From assembly GCA_965662845.1 (NCBI GenBank), contig CBFIJD010000014.1:7776-62555 (forward strand): a DNA stretch of 54,780 nucleotides. Direction: 5' to 3'. This DNA is from an uncultured bacterium (lineage in GTDB: Bacteria > SAR324 > NAC60-12). The notes beneath the pieces were generated by a model that did not search any database, was not told the origin of the DNA, and worked only from the letters and a program-made list of their open reading frames with translations. The translations under genes were made by a program, and so were the position numbers. The first letter of the stretch is position 1. Each line of letters begins with the position of its first letter. This document shows, in pieces, positions 27,594-37,008 of the stretch.

Positions 27594-29513
27594 ATGACAC
27601 AAGCTGCTCGACCCTTTGACGCGAGCCGGCCTCTTGACCTGATCAGCATGGGGCGTGTGGCGGTCGATCTTTATGCGGAACAGATTCACAGCCCGCTTGA
27701 AGAGGCGCAGAGCTTCCGTCGGTACTTGGGCGGGTGTGCCGGCAACATCGCCGTGGGGTCTTCTCGGCTTGGGTTGCGGGCTGCGATGTTCTCTTGTGTG
27801 GGCACTGACGACATGGGTAAGTTCCTGCGTCACCAGCTGCAACGCGAGGGCGTAGACACTTCCCTGCTGCAAGAGACCCCCCAACACCTGACCGCGCTCG
27901 TCTTGCTCGGCGTCAGCCCTCCTGACCGCTTCCCGCTGATCTTTTATCGCGAGAGCTGCGCCGATATGCAGATACAGCCAGAGCACGCTCGCCCTGAGGT
28001 CTTCCAGCAGGCCAAAGCCTTGTTGATCACAGGGACTGGCCTCTCCACGCCTGCCATGCGCGAAGCGACGAGGCACGCCGTTCGGGTCGCCAAAGACGCC
28101 GGCTGCGCGGTCATTTTGGACATTGACTATCGCCCTGTGCTGTGGGGGCTGACCGCCGCTGGCGATGGCGAGAACCGCTTTGTGGCCTCGGTCACCGTCA
28201 CGAAAGAGATGCAACCGCTGCTGCCAGAGCTGGACTTGATCATTGGCACAGAAGAAGAGGTCGCGATCTTGGCGGGGACTGAAGACCTGCGCGCTGCGCT
28301 CCAAGTCGTGCGCGAGCGCTCCACGGCGACTTTTGTGCTTAAGCGAGGTGAGAGAGGCTGCGAAGTGTACGAAGCGTCTAGCGCGGAGCCCCGCTCAGCG
28401 CGTTCTTTCCCGATTGAGGTGCTGAATGTTCTCGGGGCGGGAGATGCCTTCGCAGCGGGCTTTCTGCGGGGTTGGCTACGCGGTGAGTCGTTGGAGACCT
28501 GCGCGCTCTGGGGGAACGCGAACGGGGCGCTCACGGTCACCCGGCATGGCTGCGCCCCAGCGATGGCGTCGTTCGCTGAATTGCAGCACCTGATCGCACA
28601 TTTCGACCACGACCCTGACCTGCTGCAGAGCCGCGAGCTGCTGCGTCTGCATGAACGCACGATCCTTGGGCAGCCGCGCCACCATCCGTTGCAAGTGTTG
28701 GCTTTCGATCATCGGACTCAGTTTGAGCAGACGTGCAGCGAGCTGAGCCTGCCCACAGAGCGCATCGTCGCCTTCAAGCGGCTGGTGTTCGCTGGCTTTC
28801 AGCAGGTGTTCGCCGAGCAACCGGACTCTTCTCTCGCGCTGCTCGTCGATCCCCAATTTGGGTCGAACATTTTGCAATCTTCCGCGTATGCCAGCTACTC
28901 TGTGGGAGTCCCGATTGAGCAGGCGGGGTCGTTCCCGGTGGAGTGGCTCTGCAACGACGAGTTGCATGAACACTTGCGGTCACGTCCTGCCAGCTGGTTT
29001 GTGAAGGTGCTGTGGCACTTTCACCCAGAGCTGCGTGAGGCAGAGAAGCAGCAGCAGCTGGCGCAGCTTCACACGTTGGAGCGAGCCTGCCGCGCGCTGG
29101 AGCGGCGCTTAATGTTGGAGCTGATTTTGCCCTCGCACCTGCCGGAGACTGGAGAAGCTCTCGCTGCGGCGATGGCTGAGGTGTATGCCGAGAAGATTTA
29201 TCCGTTCTGGTGGAAAGTGCAGGCGCTAGGCTCTGCTGCCGAGTGGCAACTCATCACAGATACGCTGGACCGCCATGACCCAGACGCGGCGATCATCGTG
29301 CTGGGCAAACACGCGCCGCTGGAGACCTTCCCAGAGTGGTTCCGCGTGTTGCGCTCTACGCCTCACACTTGCGGGTTCGCCATTGGGCGGAGCATCTTCT
29401 GGAGAGCGTGGGAGCAGTTTGCGAGAGGTGAGCTGAGCGCTGAGGAGATCCCTGCGCTCATCGCGGATCGCTATCGCACTGTGTTGCAAATGTGGAGAGA
29501 GGCCGGAGCCTGA
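27594..29513 (+). CDS. iolC: 5-dehydro-2-deoxygluconokinase fused to DUF2090 aldolase-like domain
   Basis: GRVAVDLY, PDRFPLIFYRE, DIDYRPVLWG, GTEEE, NVLGAGDAF, AFDHR, IYPFWWK, GFAIGRSIF. Confidence 0.95.
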   Translation: MTQAARPFDASRPLDLISMGRVAVDLYAEQIHSPLEEAQSFRRYLGGCAGNIAVGSSRLGLRAAMFSCVGTDDMGKFLRHQLQREGVDTSLLQETPQHLTALVLLGVSPPDRFPLIFYRESCADMQIQPEHARPEVFQQAKALLITGTGLSTPAMREATRHAVRVAKDAGCAVILDIDYRPVLWGLTAAGDGENRFVASVTVTKEMQPLLPELDLIIGTEEEVAILAGTEDLRAALQVVRERSTATFVLKRGERGCEVYEASSAEPRSARSFPIEVLNVLGAGDAFAAGFLRGWLRGESLETCALWGNANGALTVTRHGCAPAMASFAELQHLIAHFDHDPDLLQSRELLRLHERTILGQPRHHPLQVLAFDHRTQFEQTCSELSLPTERIVAFKRLVFAGFQQVFAEQPDSSLALLVDPQFGSNILQSSAYASYSVGVPIEQAGSFPVEWLCNDELHEHLRSRPASWFVKVLWHFHPELREAEKQQQLAQLHTLERACRALERRLMLELILPSHLPETGEALAAAMAEVYAEKIYPFWWKVQALGSAAEWQLITDTLDRHDPDAAIIVLGKHAPLETFPEWFRVLRSTPHTCGFAIGRSIFWRAWEQFARGELSAEEIPALIADRYRTVLQMWREAGA

Positions 29514-29546
29514 ACTTTTTGAAACCTGAACCCCCAGAGAGGAAGC

Positions 29547-30350
29547 ATGCCCAATCTGTTGAGCAAACATCGCGCACCCGACGCCACCGGACTTGTGCAG
29601 TCTATCACGCCAGCGCGCGCAGGCTGGAAACACGTCGGGTTTGAGGTCTTTCACTTGGAGGCCGGACAGACTCTCCAGCAGGCCACCGCCGACCAAGAAG
29701 TCTGCTTAGTGTTGGTCGCGGGCAAGGCCGATGTCACCTCCCGTGGCGAGTCGTGGTCTGATGTGGGCGACCGCATGAGCGTCTTTGAGGAGAAAGCGCC
29801 CTACGCGGTGTATCTCCCCAACGACGAGGAGTTCACGGTCAAGGCGAGCACCAAACTGGAGCTTGCCGTCTGCCGTGCGCCCGGTTTTGGGAACCACCCC
29901 GCGCGGTTGATTCGCCCCGAGGAGATGAGCCGCGAGACTCGTGGGACGGGCACCAACACGCGCCACGTCTGCAACATCCTGCCGGAGAATGAGCCTGCCG
30001 ACAGCTTGCTGGTGGTAGAAGTGATCACTCCCAACGGCAACTGGTCGAGCTATCCGCCTCACAAGCACGACACCGACGCGATGCCAACGGAGTCGAGCTT
30101 AGAAGAGACCTACTACCACCGTTTGAACCCACCACAGGGCTTCGCGTTTCAGCGCGTCTACACGGATGATCACTCCCTCGATGAGACCATGGCGGTTCAC
30201 GATGGGGACGTCGTGATGGTGCCGCGCGGCTATCATCCGGTTGGCGCTCCGCACGGCTACGACCTCTACTACCTTAACGTCATGGCGGGTCCCCAGCGCG
30301 TATGGCGCTTCCAAAACGCTCCCGAACACGAGTGGATCGTGGCGCGATAA
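29547..30350 (+). CDS. iolB: 5-deoxy-glucuronate isomerase
   Basis: ADSLLVVEVITPNGNWSSYPPHKHD, LEETYYHR, VPRGYHP, YYLNVMAGP. Confidence 0.97.
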   Translation: MPNLLSKHRAPDATGLVQSITPARAGWKHVGFEVFHLEAGQTLQQATADQEVCLVLVAGKADVTSRGESWSDVGDRMSVFEEKAPYAVYLPNDEEFTVKASTKLELAVCRAPGFGNHPARLIRPEEMSRETRGTGTNTRHVCNILPENEPADSLLVVEVITPNGNWSSYPPHKHDTDAMPTESSLEETYYHRLNPPQGFAFQRVYTDDHSLDETMAVHDGDVVMVPRGYHPVGAPHGYDLYYLNVMAGPQRVWRFQNAPEHEWIVAR

Positions 30351-30381
30351 TTTTTTTCACATCTCTGCTTCAAGGAACGCC

Positions 30382-31881
30382 ATGAGCGAACGAATCCTCC
30401 AGAACTTCATCGCTGGCCAGTTTTGCCACAACGCGGACGCTCCGCGTCTCGACGTCACCAACCCTGCGACTGGCGAAGCCACCGCACAGGTCGCCGTCTC
30501 CTCCGCCGCTGAAGTCGATCAAGCGGTACAAGCAGCGAAGGCGGCCTTCCACTCGTGGGGAGTGCAGCCTGTTCTCAAGCGGGCGCGGGTGATGTTCCGC
30601 TTTCTGGAGCTGCTGCAACAGAACCACGATCGCCTCGCGGAAGCCGTCACCCAAGAGCACGGCAAAACCTTTGAGGACGCCAAAGGCGAAGTGCAGCGCG
30701 GAATTGAAGTCGTGGAGTATGCCTGTGGCATCCCGCAGCTGCTGAAAGGAACCTACAGCGAAGGCGTCGCGACCGCCGTCGATGCGTACTCTTTCCGTCA
30801 GCCGCTGGGGGTCGTCGCTGGGATTACGCCGTTCAACTTCCCCGCGATGGTCCCGATGTGGATGTATCCTATGGCGATTGCCTGCGGGAACACGTTCGTG
30901 CTCAAGCCTTCGGAGAAAGACCCCAGCGCTGCTTTGATCATGGCGGAATTGTTCCAGCAAGCGGGCCTGCCCGACGGAGTGTTCAACGTGGTGCAAGGGA
31001 GCCGTGAGTCCGTAGAGGCGCTGCTCGATCACCCAGACGTCGCAGCGATCAGCTTTGTGGGGTCGACTCCTGTCGCTAAGGCGATTTATGCGCGTGGCTC
31101 CGCTCAGGGCAAGCGTGTCCAAGCGCTCGGTGGCGCCAAGAACCACATGGTCATCATGCCCGACGCTGACCTTGACCAAGCCGCGAGCGCCCTGATGGGG
31201 GCCGGGTACGGGAGCGCAGGCGAGCGCTGCATGGCGATCTCGGTAGCCGTCCCCGTCGGAGCAGAGACCGCCGACGCGCTGATGGAAAAGCTGACTCCGC
31301 AGGTGCAAGCCCTCAAGATCGGCAATGGCATGGAGCGTGGCATGGACATGGGGCCGCTCATCACGCGCGAGCACCGCGACAAGGTCTCCGCCTTGGTAGA
31401 CAGCGGCGTGGAACAAGGCGCGAAGCTGTTGGTCGATGGGCGCAATTACCAAGTCGCCGGACACGAGGAAGGCTTCTTCCTCGGCGGCTGCCTGTTCGAT
31501 CACGTCACGACGGACATGGCGATCTACAAAGAAGAAATCTTCGGCCCTGTCCTCTCGACCGTGCGCGTGGCGAGCTACCAAGCGGCGGTGGAGCTGATCC
31601 ACAACAACCCGTATGGCAACGGGACCGCCATCTTCACGCGAGACGGAGACACCGCGCGGGACTTCGTCAGCAAAATCGAAGTCGGGATGGTGGGGGTGAA
31701 CGTGCCGATCCCAGTCCCGGTCGCCTTCCATAGTTTTGGAGGTTGGAAGCAGTCCCTCTTCGGTGACCATGACATCTACGGCCCAGAGTCGATCAACTTC
31801 TACACCCGCGTCAAAGCGGTCACGTCCCGTTGGCCGACTGGCATCAAAGAAGGCGCGAAGTTCACCTTCCCCACCCTCTAA
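30382..31881 (+). CDS. iolA: CoA-acylating (methyl)malonate-semialdehyde dehydrogenase
   Basis: ITPFNFPAMVP, KPSEKDP, GGAKNH, GSAGERCMA, GMVGVNVPIPVP. Confidence 0.95.
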   Translation: MSERILQNFIAGQFCHNADAPRLDVTNPATGEATAQVAVSSAAEVDQAVQAAKAAFHSWGVQPVLKRARVMFRFLELLQQNHDRLAEAVTQEHGKTFEDAKGEVQRGIEVVEYACGIPQLLKGTYSEGVATAVDAYSFRQPLGVVAGITPFNFPAMVPMWMYPMAIACGNTFVLKPSEKDPSAALIMAELFQQAGLPDGVFNVVQGSRESVEALLDHPDVAAISFVGSTPVAKAIYARGSAQGKRVQALGGAKNHMVIMPDADLDQAASALMGAGYGSAGERCMAISVAVPVGAETADALMEKLTPQVQALKIGNGMERGMDMGPLITREHRDKVSALVDSGVEQGAKLLVDGRNYQVAGHEEGFFLGGCLFDHVTTDMAIYKEEIFGPVLSTVRVASYQAAVELIHNNPYGNGTAIFTRDGDTARDFVSKIEVGMVGVNVPIPVPVAFHSFGGWKQSLFGDHDIYGPESINFYTRVKAVTSRWPTGIKEGAKFTFPTL

Positions 31882-31888
31882 CTCCGCG

Positions 31889-31913
31889 CCTCCCCCTGCC
31901 ACCAAGGGGGAGG
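31889..31913 (+). other. Intercistronic stem-loop
   Basis: CCTCCCCCT-gccacca-AGGGGGAGG 9-bp stem between iolA and iolD, no U-tract. Confidence 0.6.
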
Positions 31914-31952
31914 TCTCACCAGAAACCTCACCACCAAAATCGGGAGGACGCT

Positions 31953-33821
31953 ATGAGCACCGTGCGCTTGACGATGGCCCAGGCTCTGCTGAAGTTCTTG
32001 GCTGCGCAGTTTGTGGAACTGGACGGCACCACGCACCCCTTCGTGCACGGCGTGATGGGGATTTTCGGACACGGAAACGTGACGGGGCTCGGCGAAGCGC
32101 TGGAATACGGCGACTCCGGTCTGCGCTATGTTCAAGGAAACAACGAACAAGGCCTCGTGCACGCTGCGACGGCGTTTGCCAAGCAAAAAGACCGCTTAGG
32201 CATGTATGCGGTGACAAGCTCGATTGGCCCCGGCGCGACCAACATGGTGACGGGTGCCGCGACGGCGACCGTCAACCGCGTCCCTGTCCTCTTGTTGCCC
32301 GGCGACATCTTCGCGACACGTCAACCCGACCCTGTACTCCAGCAGATCGAAACCCCGTGGGATGGCAGCCTCAACGCCAACGACGCCTTCAAGGCTGTCA
32401 GTCGCTACTGGGATCGCCTCCAACGTCCAGAGCAGCTGATCCCCGCCGCTCTCAACGCGATGCGCGTCTTGACGGATCCTGTCGAGACGGGCGCCGTCAC
32501 GCTCTGCTTGCCGCAAGACACGCAAGCGGAAGCCTACGACTATCCCGCCGCGTTTTTCGCCAAGCGTGTGTGGCACATCGACCGACGCCCCCTCTCTGAG
32601 CGAGCCCTGCAAGCGGCCGCTACGGCTTTGCAAACCAGCCAGAAACCGTTGATCATCGCCGGCGGTGGCGTGCACTACTCCAAAGCTGCCGAGACCTTGC
32701 GCGCCTTCGCCGAGGCGTTCGGGATCCCTGTCGCTGAGACTCAAGCGGGCAAGAGCGCGATGAGCTGGAAAGACGCGATGGGCGTCGGCGGCGTCGGGGT
32801 GACGGGCACCTCGGCGGCGAACACACTCGCAGCAGAAGCCGATGTGATCCTCGCGGTGGGAACGCGCCTCGGAGACTTCACGACGATGTCCAAGCTGGCG
32901 TTCAAAAACCCAGAGATGACGCTGCTGCACTTGAACGTCGCCTCGTTTGACGCCATCAAGCTGAACGGGATCCCGCTCCAAGGCGACGCCAAGCTGGGGC
33001 TAGAACAGCTACAGGCCGCCCTGAAGCGCGCCAACTACGCGACCAGCGCTGAGTACCAAGAGCGCGTCGCGGCCCTGCAACAGGCGTGGAACGCTGAAGT
33101 AGACCGCCTCTACGCCTCCACGCACGCAGCAGGAAACCACCAAATGTCCGTGGTGGGCGCGGTGAACGAGTCCCTCGGTCCAGAGGACGTGATCCTCTGC
33201 GCAGCGGGTTCGCTGCCCGGCGACCTGCATCGAGTCTGGCGCTGCGAGACGCCAAAGAGCTATCACATGGAATATGGCTACTCCTGCATGGGCTATGAGG
33301 TCGCGGGGGCGTTCGGGGCGCAGCTGGCCAAAGAGAGCGGACAAGTCACCACGATCGTGGGCGACGGCAGCTTTTTGATGATGCACTCCGAGCTGCTCAC
33401 CAGCCTCAAAGAAGGGGTGAAGATCAACATCGTGTTGCTCGACAACCACGGCTATCAGTGCATCCGAAACTTGCAGGTGGCGCATGGCAGCGTCGGCTTC
33501 GGCAATGAGTTCCGTGAGCGCGACCCAGAGACCCAGCGCTTGACGGGCAAGGTCACCAGCGTCGACTTCCAGAAATACGCCGAAGCGCTCGGCGTGAAGT
33601 CCTTCCGCGCACACAACGTCGACGAACTCAAATCTTACCTGGAAGCCGCCAAGCGAGAGACGCGCTCGACGCTGATCGAAATCAAAGTGCTCCCCGGGAC
33701 CATGACCAGCGGCTATGACGCTTGGTGGCGCGTTGGCGTCCCCGCCGTCTCCGCTTGTGAAAAAACCCGCCAGTCTCACGCACAAATGGAAGCGACCGTC
33801 CAGCAAGCGCGGCCGTTTTAA
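31953..33821 (+). CDS. iolD: 3D-(3,5/4)-trihydroxycyclohexane-1,2-dione acylhydrolase
   Basis: RLTMAQAL, GIFGHGNV, TSSIGPGATNM, AGSLPGDLH, YHMEYGYSCMGYE, GDGS, WWRVGVP. Confidence 0.97.
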   Translation: MSTVRLTMAQALLKFLAAQFVELDGTTHPFVHGVMGIFGHGNVTGLGEALEYGDSGLRYVQGNNEQGLVHAATAFAKQKDRLGMYAVTSSIGPGATNMVTGAATATVNRVPVLLLPGDIFATRQPDPVLQQIETPWDGSLNANDAFKAVSRYWDRLQRPEQLIPAALNAMRVLTDPVETGAVTLCLPQDTQAEAYDYPAAFFAKRVWHIDRRPLSERALQAAATALQTSQKPLIIAGGGVHYSKAAETLRAFAEAFGIPVAETQAGKSAMSWKDAMGVGGVGVTGTSAANTLAAEADVILAVGTRLGDFTTMSKLAFKNPEMTLLHLNVASFDAIKLNGIPLQGDAKLGLEQLQAALKRANYATSAEYQERVAALQQAWNAEVDRLYASTHAAGNHQMSVVGAVNESLGPEDVILCAAGSLPGDLHRVWRCETPKSYHMEYGYSCMGYEVAGAFGAQLAKESGQVTTIVGDGSFLMMHSELLTSLKEGVKINIVLLDNHGYQCIRNLQVAHGSVGFGNEFRERDPETQRLTGKVTSVDFQKYAEALGVKSFRAHNVDELKSYLEAAKRETRSTLIEIKVLPGTMTSGYDAWWRVGVPAVSACEKTRQSHAQMEATVQQARPF

Positions 33822-33853
33822 TTTTTCTCAACCATCATCAAAGCGGTGAAACT

Positions 33854-34747
33854 ATGTTCGCGCCCAAGACGGTCTCTTTGGGGATTGCCCCGATCAACTG
33901 GACAAACGATGACTTGCCTGAGCTGGGCGGTCACATCCCTTTTGAGCAATGCCTCGACGAGATGGCTCAAGCGGGCTTCACGGGGACTGAGGTTGGCAAC
34001 AAATATCCCAAAGACGCGGCGGTTTTGCGTTCAGCGCTAGAGCCGCGCGGTCTGCGCGTCGCGAGCGCGTGGTTCAGCACGCTCTTCACCGAAGAAGGCA
34101 AGACGCAATCAACGCTGGAAGGCTACCTCCAGCACATGAACTTCTTGAAGGCTTGCGGCGCCGATCGCGTCAATGTCTGCGAATGTGGCTCTTGTGTGCA
34201 AGGAGGCCCAAAGCATGTGTTCGAGCGCCCAAGCTACAGCGACACGCAGTGGGAGCGCACCGCAGAAGGTTTGAACCTGCTGGGACGCATCACGCGGGAG
34301 AACGGCATGTGGATGAGCTATCACTACCACATGGGGACAATGGTGCAGACCGCTGCCGAGACGGAGCGTTTGATGGAGATGACGGATCCAGAAGCCGTGT
34401 TCTTGCTGCTGGACACAGGCCACGCTCACTACGCTGGCGACGACCCGCTGGCGCTGGCCCAAAAGTACGTGCACCGCATCAAGCACGTGCACCTGAAAGA
34501 CATCCGCGCTGACGTGCTGGAGCAAGTGCACGCTCGTAAAATGAACTTCCTCGACTCCGTCAAAGCAGGAGTGTTCACCGTCCCAGGAGATGGCTGCATC
34601 GACTTCAGACCGATCTTCCAAGTGCTCGCCGAGCACAAGTACGAAGGCTGGATGGTCGTAGAAGCCGAGCAAGACCCTGACAAAGCGAACCCGCTGGCGT
34701 ATGCGACCAAAGCGCGTGACTACCTCCGCGAACACGCAGGAGTCTGA
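33854..34747 (+). CDS. iolE: 2-keto-myo-inositol (myo-inosose-2) dehydratase
   Basis: GIAPINWTNDDLPELG, YHYHMGT, LDTGH, HVHLKD, FTVPGDG, VVEAEQDP. Confidence 0.97.
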   Translation: MFAPKTVSLGIAPINWTNDDLPELGGHIPFEQCLDEMAQAGFTGTEVGNKYPKDAAVLRSALEPRGLRVASAWFSTLFTEEGKTQSTLEGYLQHMNFLKACGADRVNVCECGSCVQGGPKHVFERPSYSDTQWERTAEGLNLLGRITRENGMWMSYHYHMGTMVQTAAETERLMEMTDPEAVFLLLDTGHAHYAGDDPLALAQKYVHRIKHVHLKDIRADVLEQVHARKMNFLDSVKAGVFTVPGDGCIDFRPIFQVLAEHKYEGWMVVEAEQDPDKANPLAYATKARDYLREHAGV

Positions 34748-34748
34748 G

Positions 34749-35927
34749 ATGGCCACGCACAACCAATTCCGCAAACAACGCCCGCTGCGCTACGGGATGA
34801 TCGGCGGCGGGGCGACCAGCCAAATTGGCGACAGTCACCGCGTCGCGCTAGCGTGGGATCACTACTATGACCTCGTCGCTGGAGCGTTTGACATCGACCC
34901 GAGGCAGAGCCGGGATTATGGTGCGCGGCTGGGGCTCGACGAAGAGCGCGTCTATGACGACTTTCGGCAGATGGTAAAGACGGAGGCGCGGCGCCCTGAC
35001 GGCGTGGAGATTGTCGGGATCATGACGCCCAACGCCACGCACCACGCAATCGCCAAAGCCTTCTTAGAAGCGGGCGTTCACGTCATCCTAGAGAAGCCGA
35101 TCACGACCAACCTTGCCGACGCCCAAGAGCTGATCGCCTTGGCCAAATCCAACAACCTGATCTGCGCGTCTATGTACGGCTACAGCGGCTACCCGATGGT
35201 GCGCCAAGCGCGCGCGATGGTTCGTCGTGGCGACTTAGGGAACATCCGCGTGGTGCAGACCGAGTTTGCGCACGGCAACTGCGCGACCCCTGTGGAACAA
35301 CACAGCGCGGGCGCCAAGTGGCGCAACGATCCGGCGCAGTCGGGCGCGACCTTTGTGTTGGGCGACATCGGCACGCACGCGCTGCACATGGCGACGTTCA
35401 TCACGGGGTTGACGCTGCAAGAGGTCGCCTGCGACCGCCAAAGCTTTGTCGAAGGTCGCACGCTCGAAGACAACGCGCATGTGCTGATGCGCTTTCAAGG
35501 AGGGGCGTCGGGGTTCCTGTGGGCCAGCGGAGTCGCCGTCGGGCACCGCCACGGCTTGGCCATTCGCGTCTATGGCTCAGAAGCCGGCATCGAGTGGCAT
35601 CAGGAGCAGCCCAACCAGCTTTTGTATGCACGGCTTGGCGAGAGCCCACGGTTGTTGGAGCTGGACGGCCCCGAGATGAGCGCCGAGACGAAGCGAGTCT
35701 TGCGAGTGGGACCCGGTCATCCGGGCGGATATTTTGAGGCGTTCGCGAATGTTTATTCCGATGTGGCGGAGACGCTGATGGCGCGGAAGGAAGGGCGGGC
35801 CCCCGCACCGATGTCGCAAGACTTCCCAACGCTGGAGCAAGGCGCCGAAGGCGTCCGCTTTTTGGAAGCGTGCGTCGAATCTGCGGAGCAAGGTGGAGCG
35901 TGGGTCAACGCAACGGTGGCGTTCTAA
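34749..35927 (+). CDS. Gfo/Idh/MocA family oxidoreductase
   Basis: GMIGGG..SQIG..H, TPNATH, ILEKP, YSGYPMVRQAR, GDIGTH, GHPGGYFEAFANVY. Confidence 0.9.
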   Translation: MATHNQFRKQRPLRYGMIGGGATSQIGDSHRVALAWDHYYDLVAGAFDIDPRQSRDYGARLGLDEERVYDDFRQMVKTEARRPDGVEIVGIMTPNATHHAIAKAFLEAGVHVILEKPITTNLADAQELIALAKSNNLICASMYGYSGYPMVRQARAMVRRGDLGNIRVVQTEFAHGNCATPVEQHSAGAKWRNDPAQSGATFVLGDIGTHALHMATFITGLTLQEVACDRQSFVEGRTLEDNAHVLMRFQGGASGFLWASGVAVGHRHGLAIRVYGSEAGIEWHQEQPNQLLYARLGESPRLLELDGPEMSAETKRVLRVGPGHPGGYFEAFANVYSDVAETLMARKEGRAPAPMSQDFPTLEQGAEGVRFLEACVESAEQGGAWVNATVAF

Positions 35928-36160
35928 GCGTTTCGCTGACGTCAACCCTCGCATCATCGTCATGAAGCTTGGGAGGCTTGGATGGTTCCTCGCGTCACAG
36001 GGGCGCCTCAGCGATGATCGGACGTTCGATGCGATTGGGTGCAAAAAGGAGGCTCTTACGGGGTTGAAAAAATTGTTTAGGGCACTAAGGTATAGGCGTT
36101 TGTTTGAGCCATGAGGCTCAGGCTCTGTCTTGTCACCCCCTCACCCCTCAACAAGGCCAC

Positions 36161-36367
36161 ATGAGTGAAAAACCCCGTTTCATCCGAAGAACGAGCAGAA
36201 ATGAGCTGGTCTTCGCTGTGAATAAGTATGGTACATTTGAGTACTTCTTAGAGAATCAGTTCGGCGAGCGTCATCCGATTGACTTAGAGTTTTGCAACAT
36301 GGAAGTTCTCCAGATCATCCGCGAAGACATGGTGCAGCAGCGTCAAGAAAACGCGATGCGCGCCTGA
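36161..36367 (+). CDS. Small hypothetical protein (68 aa)
   Basis: ATG after AAGG; protein-like composition; fills the intergenic gap. Confidence 0.55.
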   Translation: MSEKPRFIRRTSRNELVFAVNKYGTFEYFLENQFGERHPIDLEFCNMEVLQIIREDMVQQRQENAMRA

Positions 36368-36441
36368 CCTCTGTGCTCTCCAGCGATCTCACGGTCTTGC
36401 AAGTTGAGATCGCTCCTCCTCCTCTCCCCAACCTGAGCTTC

Positions 36442-37008
36442 ATGCCGACCCCCGAAGATCCTCGTCTCTTTTCTGCGCAGTGTGAGCAACTTCCTCTCCG
36501 CGCGACGCCTCATCAAAATCCATGGTTCTCAGTGCGGCAGCGGGGCGACTTTTTCACGGTCGAGCCCACTCACGCTGTTGTTATGGTGGTGCCGATTGTC
36601 AATCGAGAGAGCTTGGTGCTGGTGGAAGTCAAGCGCGACGTGCTGGGAGATCAGCGCTCCCTTGAGATTCCCGCAGGCGGGCTGGAGCAGGGTGAATCTG
36701 GAGCGGCTGGAGCCGCCCGAGAGTTGCGTGAAGAAACGGGCATCGCCGCCTCACCAGAGCGCATGGAACCTCTCCCTCCGTTGGCGCTCTCTCCGCGCAA
36801 CCCTAGGCTGGCTCACGTCTATCAAGTTCACCTCAGCGCCGAAGAGTTTGCGCAGCGGCAGCCCCACGACCATGAGATCAGCGCGGTACGTGTGCACTCT
36901 TTTGTGGAGGTGCAGGTGCTGCTGCTGAACGGAGAAATCTACGTTGGCGGCGTGGTAGGCGTGTTAGGGAGGTTCCTCTTGGGTCAAGGCGAGAAGGTCA
37001 GGCGATGA
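36442..37008 (+). CDS. Nudix hydrolase (ADP-ribose pyrophosphatase-like)
   Basis: Nudix box PAGGLEQGESGAAGAARELREETGI. Confidence 0.9.
   Translation: MPTPEDPRLFSAQCEQLPLRATPHQNPWFSVRQRGDFFTVEPTHAVVMVVPIVNRESLVLVEVKRDVLGDQRSLEIPAGGLEQGESGAAGAARELREETGIAASPERMEPLPPLALSPRNPRLAHVYQVHLSAEEFAQRQPHDHEISAVRVHSFVEVQVLLLNGEIYVGGVVGVLGRFLLGQGEKVRR

Noticed and set aside
30370..31905. 511-aa antisense ORF (also 21949-22872, 27333-28304, 41745-42779 and others)
   Set aside because: Shadow ORFs opposite well-supported genes, expected from GC-rich codon bias.
36984..37008. 25-bp convergent overlap of the Nudix and acylase genes
   Set aside because: Short 3' overlaps are ordinary in compact genomes.
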